Origin: a virus | Taxonomy: Duplodnaviria; Caudoviricetes | Length of the DNA: 57,013 bases | IMG/VR virus record: IMGVR_UViG_3300033148_007689 | Coordinates: 1-57,013 of that record | Reading direction: 5' to 3' (one strand) | Part shown: positions 52,322 through 57,013 of the stretch, in pieces | Position numbering within the stretch: the stretch's first letter is position 1 | Layout of the letters: every line of letters begins with the position of its first letter | The notes under the pieces: generated by a model | Seen by the model: the letters and a program-made list of their open reading frames with translations, nothing else | The model's database searches: none | Told to the model about the DNA's origin: nothing | Translations under genes and position numbers: made by a program

Positions 52322-52349
52322 ATTATAATCATTAATTTTCATTTGTCAA
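52322..52349 (-). promoter_or_regulatory. Early promoter driving the array
   Basis: TTGACA-AATGAAAATTAATGAT-TATAAT. Confidence 0.85.
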
Positions 52350-53028
52350 GGGGCATTTGTGTTTTTTTAAGATCTTTTCCTAAATAGAGTCCATCAGTAG
52401 TAGTATTATCAGGTCTATTATATCTTTCATCGGTGATAGTGTTTTCGGCAGGAGATGTCTCTACATATGGGTCTTTTTCACCCTCTTTAAACAGTGTCTC
52501 ACCCCACAGTCCCTTAAGTTTTATTGTCCACATTTAAGTCTCCTTTCCTTTTCATTGGAGCTATTTTTCTTTCAACCATTTTTAGTTTTGATCTCTATCT
52601 TCTGAATTGTTTCTATTAGATTGCTTAGTAAATTTCTAATGTCTAACAAAGTCTCAAGTTTTGCATACTCTAAATACCAAGCCCCCTCAGGTTTATTGCT
52701 AAGGCTTTGGCATTCTCCCAGCATTTTCAATATCTCATTCTTTGTTCTCATTCTTTAATACCTCCTTTGCCTACTCTCTCTGTCATATGCTCCCAACAGT
52801 CTTCTTTATCAGCTGCTATAAACATAGATTCAGAAGGGCTTGTGTAAATAATTTCCCCTTCTTCATCTTCCCAAATCGTGCAACCATATTCATCTTCCCC
52901 AATAGGGACTTTTTTTACTTGGCCTTTATACACGGTTTAAATTACCTCCTTGTGATTTTGTACCAGCTTTATCAACTGTATCGCATAGCCGAGTCACAAC
53001 CCCTAATAGTTACCTTTCCCATAGTGTT

Positions 53029-54064
53029 TCATGGAACCGGCTGTAAGGCATGAGGACTATAAACTCCCATGTGTGATAAATTAATAGCTGCGTTTAGATC
53101 CGCATCTATTTTATTACCACAAGCACATTCATAAACCTTCCCTTTACGGTTTGATTTACAAATGACTCCGCAATTACAGCATTTCTGGCTTGTATAAGCT
53201 GGGTTGACTTTTGTGAACAAGACACCGGCTTCCTCAGTCATTTGGAGGAGTTTCTGTAAGACCCTTACATAACTCCAACGCTGTAATTTGTTTGTGAATT
53301 TCTTTCGTATTTTCCCTTTACTTTTATGTTTTACATTTTTTAAGTTCTCAACAACCAGTTCACGAATATTAGATAAATCTATTTTATTTAAACTTTGATT
53401 TATAAGATTATTTCTTTCAACCAAAGCCCGTTTAAAGGCTTTACTCCCCTGTTTTTTCCTACTAATCTTTTCATAGATTTGTTCCATGCCATCATCATAA
53501 GATTTATTTTCTGATGTTTTGATAAGCTCTCTGTAACCACAGTCAAGCCCAACAACCCTTCCTTTTTGTTTCAATTCGGGCGTTTTTTTCTCAAAAAGAA
53601 CTTCAATAAACCATTTATTATATTTCTTTATCAAACGTATTGACTTGTTTTGTTTCCAGTCTTTGAATTTATTGAAGTGTTTATGTGTTTTTACTGGAAG
53701 CTTGATCTGAATTCGCTTGCCAATAGAAGACAAACGGATCCATAAATCAAAATATTTCCCATTTTTAAAATCTGTAAACCTTGAGTCAAGAGTAAAAGAG
53801 AATTTTTTAAAAATTGGCCTAGTTTTCTTTCTTCTCTTACGTTGTGATTTAACTATTTCAAGTGCTTGCTTGGCATTGCTGCATTCTTGCTGATAACCAA
53901 GTATCAACTTTGCAGTTAACAAACTTAGAAGAGAAGTCTTTCTGCTCCCAAATTAGATCAATAAAAAGATTAACAACTCTTTGCATTTCAAATGCAATGG
54001 AATCTAATTGGATTAATTTACCTTCATTTGCTTCATTTATAGATAAAATTGATCTTCTAATCAT
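53029..54064 (-). pseudogene. tnpB: Frameshifted TnpB
   Basis: MIRRS..ARMQQC / frameshift near 53870 / AKQALEIVKS..GLDCG..VVENL..YTSQKC..DADLNAAINL. Confidence 0.8.
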
Positions 54065-54131
54065 TTTACAACTTCCTAATTTGCTTGGAGTATTCACTTA
54101 CTTTCACGGTTATATTTTAATAATCTTTTAA

Positions 54132-54160
54132 ATTACTATGAAATATATTCTATTTGTCAA
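54132..54160 (-). promoter_or_regulatory. Promoter upstream of tnpB
   Basis: TTGACAAAT plus AT-rich -10-like region. Confidence 0.5.
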
Positions 54161-55007
54161 GTAATTTTTGTTTATACATCTTTCTCTCCCCCCTTGTCTG
54201 TCAGACCACTCAGCGACTGCTCTCCATGTGCATGCAGTGACAGTATTATTTTCTGATGAGCCTCTCCCTCTTTAATAGCCGCTTCTCTGGTGCTGTGCCA
54301 CACCCCTCTCATGCCATTATAAAGGCTATAAAACCGATATTCGTGCACATGATAACCTTCCCTTCTTACGATACGATATATTTTCTCCATATTCTTTTTT
54401 CTCCTTATTTTCTGTTTAATATATAAAGAATCTCAACAACATGCTGCAACGTATCACACCCCCATCTGGGCATGTACCATTGCCCATCCACTATTTGCGC
54501 TCCTTCCCCAACAGCTTCTGGCTCAACGGGGTCATATCCAATGTCCAATATTGCTTTAACTACTTCGGACGGGTTTTTCATTATTTACGCCTCTCTGTAT
54601 CTTCTTTCCCCAGCACCTCTGGATATTCTATAACATTCATTCGGTGTAAGAGATGTTGATAGTTATTCTCTATCTCCTCTATTCGATGGAGTAGGGTCTG
54701 CTGTATACGACATGTAAACAGCAAGTTAAGTATAACAGTGAGTGCTAATATGATTATGGATAAGGCTAATGTTTTCATGCTTTCTCCTCTCTATATTTAA
54801 CCCAAGTCATCTCCACAATTCCTACAATGCATATTTGGTTCTATGCCACCAGGGTTGTACCACCACACCCCTGCAGGATGATTTCTCACTCTGCATATTG
54901 CAGTCCTAATTCTGCCAAGGTCTGAATTGCTATTCCTCGGAGCGAAAAGATATTTCCACCATTCTATAGAGAGCCATTTTGTAAAAGGCCACATCGTTTT
55001 TCTCTCC

Positions 55008-55418
55008 TTATGAATTTTCTTCTTCCCATTGTTTTATTGCTTTTTCAAATGAACTCTGCCAGTAAAGTGTCGTACAGCATTCTATAACCCAAAACTTCTG
55101 ATCTGTATCAGGGGGAGTCCACTCCAAAAGCTGGGGTTCTTTACCACATTTTTTACACTTGGTTAATTTCACCTTTTTTATCGAGAAAACACAGTATCCT
55201 TCTTGGATACCGAATAGAGGGCCGTGCTGGATATAGATAATTTCATAGGGGCCTAGTTCTTTTCCTGTTTCAATTCCATTGGCCATCTCTGTAAAAGAGA
55301 TTATATCATGCTTTTGATAATTTCTGTCATTTTTCCGACATTCAAAGGTCTTAATCCCTTCCTCTATCGCTTGATAATAGAGGGCTTCAATCTTGAGATG
55401 ATGATGTTGTCTTATCAT
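55008..55418 (-). CDS. DUF3850/ASCH-like protein with Zn finger
   Basis: HHLKI..GIKTFECRKNDRNY..GYCVFS; CKKC. Confidence 0.7.
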   Translation of the reverse strand: MIRQHHHLKIEALYYQAIEEGIKTFECRKNDRNYQKHDIISFTEMANGIETGKELGPYEIIYIQHGPLFGIQEGYCVFSIKKVKLTKCKKCGKEPQLLEWTPPDTDQKFWVIECCTTLYWQSSFEKAIKQWEEENS

Positions 55419-55802
55419 TTATCTTCTCCTGAAACCTCCAATTCCCAAAATTTTCAATGCTTCATCTATTTCCTCTTGAGTAAAGAAGTTCAACAGCATT
55501 TTCTTTATTTCATATGCTGTTTTATCCTCGGTTTTCTTACTTCCCCAGATGCTGAAATGCATTAAATCTATACACAGCCTAACAGGGTATTTAATTTCTT
55601 GTTCATTTTCTCTTTCACCTACCAGATAAGTAATTATCTCAACCCCGAGTTCATTCCGCTTTTTCATTGCTTCTAAGTGGTGAGGTGAACCATCTTCTTT
55701 CATTCCACTATAATAGCCTGCATCATAGGCGGCGTCTATTAGAGACTTTACCAAACCTTCCGCTTTTTCTTTATCCATTTTTATTAACTCCTTTCTACCC
55801 AT
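55419..55802 (-). CDS. Hypothetical protein, C-terminal paralog of 45644-46054
   Basis: Shared ~50-aa C-terminal domain. Confidence 0.65.
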   Translation of the reverse strand: MGRKELIKMDKEKAEGLVKSLIDAAYDAGYYSGMKEDGSPHHLEAMKKRNELGVEIITYLVGERENEQEIKYPVRLCIDLMHFSIWGSKKTEDKTAYEIKKMLLNFFTQEEIDEALKILGIGGFRRR

Positions 55803-57013
55803 TCAGGAATATAACCTTCTGCCATTCTTTTAGCACAGTCATAGTAATATGGCTCTGGTGGTTCTGTATCATCTTTTTGATTCCATTCTTGAGAAGTCGG
55901 GTCGTTCATCCAATCTGCTCCATATGCCTCTGCACAGACAGCCTGACCAACATCCCATGTCTTGCCACACCGATTGTCATATATCTCTGCTCCAATATTG
56001 TCAATAATGGCATCTAAAAACTTCATTATTTCATTCCATTGATTGTGCCTTAAAGTGTATCTCATTCGCTTAGCTCCATTCACCCCTTAAATAAGCACCT
56101 CGCATATATTCTGGCACTGGCACAAAGACCGATGTGGGCAAATAATTTTCAACCCAATCTCCACTCGGTAATAAAGCTTGGTTCAGTTGAAACCGTGTAT
56201 ATATCCATCCCCCAGGTACTCGTCTAACTTCTGTACCATCTTCAAGAGTAAGCATTTCGTGTAGTTTTAAATCGTATACTACTTTCATGAAATTTCCCCT
56301 CCTTTCAGTCATTATACTCAAACCCTCCTCAACAATGCCTTCTCCAGTCGAGTAATAAAGTCTAACTGATAAGAATATTCCTCAATTAGATATGCTGCTC
56401 CTATTAGGTCGGCATATGTCCATTGAGGCAGGTGTCGAGGGTTCTCTTCAGTCAATTCCTCAATTCTTTTCTTAAATGAGTTTATTTTTTGTTGCTTATG
56501 TCCTGACTCTGTAGATCGACCCTTGAGTAGTCTTACATCTACATTGACTCGACTCTGACAAGACGAATCTCTTGCTTGTTGCCGAAGGCGATTAAGTTCA
56601 TGTCTTAATGCCAAAAATTCTTCTGCGGTTACATCCATCGTAAAATGTTTATCAGTCATAATTTCTCCCATATTTTCAATTAGCTAAGCAGTTACAGAGG
56701 GGACACACATGCTATTGATAGCCGTTTTTAATGTGGTGTCCGTCATCCACTGTCCCTAATTCAGCATGCTCTCTGCAACCGTCTTAGGCATTTTTCCCTT
56801 TTTTCTATACCCTCAACTTCCACTTCCTTGCTAAATGCCTCCCCAAAACACCGTCTATCAAAACATGACCATCAAAATCGAATATCAGTTCAGATTTTTG
56901 TTCAAGTGAGTCCGCCAGCCTTTTTTTAATTTCTTTGGTGATTGTAATTAACTCTAACGTATCTGATTCTGTTTCTTTCTTTTGAGGACAAAACCAATAT
57001 TCAAGGTCTGGGA

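Larger units (their letters stand above)
54172..56671 (-). other. Cluster of small early hypothetical ORFs
   Basis: Tightly packed minus-strand ORFs with SD sequences and overlapping stop/start codons. Confidence 0.6.

Noticed and set aside
54555-54568. 14-nt match (TTTAACTACTTCGG) to the putative guide of the tnpB remnant (37657-37670)
   Set aside because: Mismatches fall in the first guide positions (seed) and the sequence is AT-rich; likely chance

Overview
AT-rich segment of a large tailed (siphovirus-like) phage genome. The + strand (1-23225) carries a tail and lysis module: an intron-split major tail tube gene, frameshifted tail chaperones, tape measure, lambda L/K/I-J-like tail tip, a giant LamG fibre, an M15 endolysin and a holin. 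The - strand (23496-57013) carries early, replication and recombination genes: class II RNR with two inteins, Rad50/Mre11-like pair, RecA, clamp-loader, SSB/UvsY-like proteins, several DNA methyltransferases and many small ORFs. Non-coding content is unusually rich: two sister group I introns, an IsrB with omega-RNA, three TnpB loci, a 5-unit TIGR-like dual-spacer array behind its own promoter (no tas gene in the window), and a cluster of integron attC-like sites without an integrase. There is also a 4-copy hairpin/TAAACCAG leader motif. The best novelty candidate is a promoter-driven array of three covarying hairpin RNAs with ~20-nt variable loops heading an operon with a 628-aa protein that has a TerD-like C-terminus. 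All family calls are from motif recognition by eye, not database searches.
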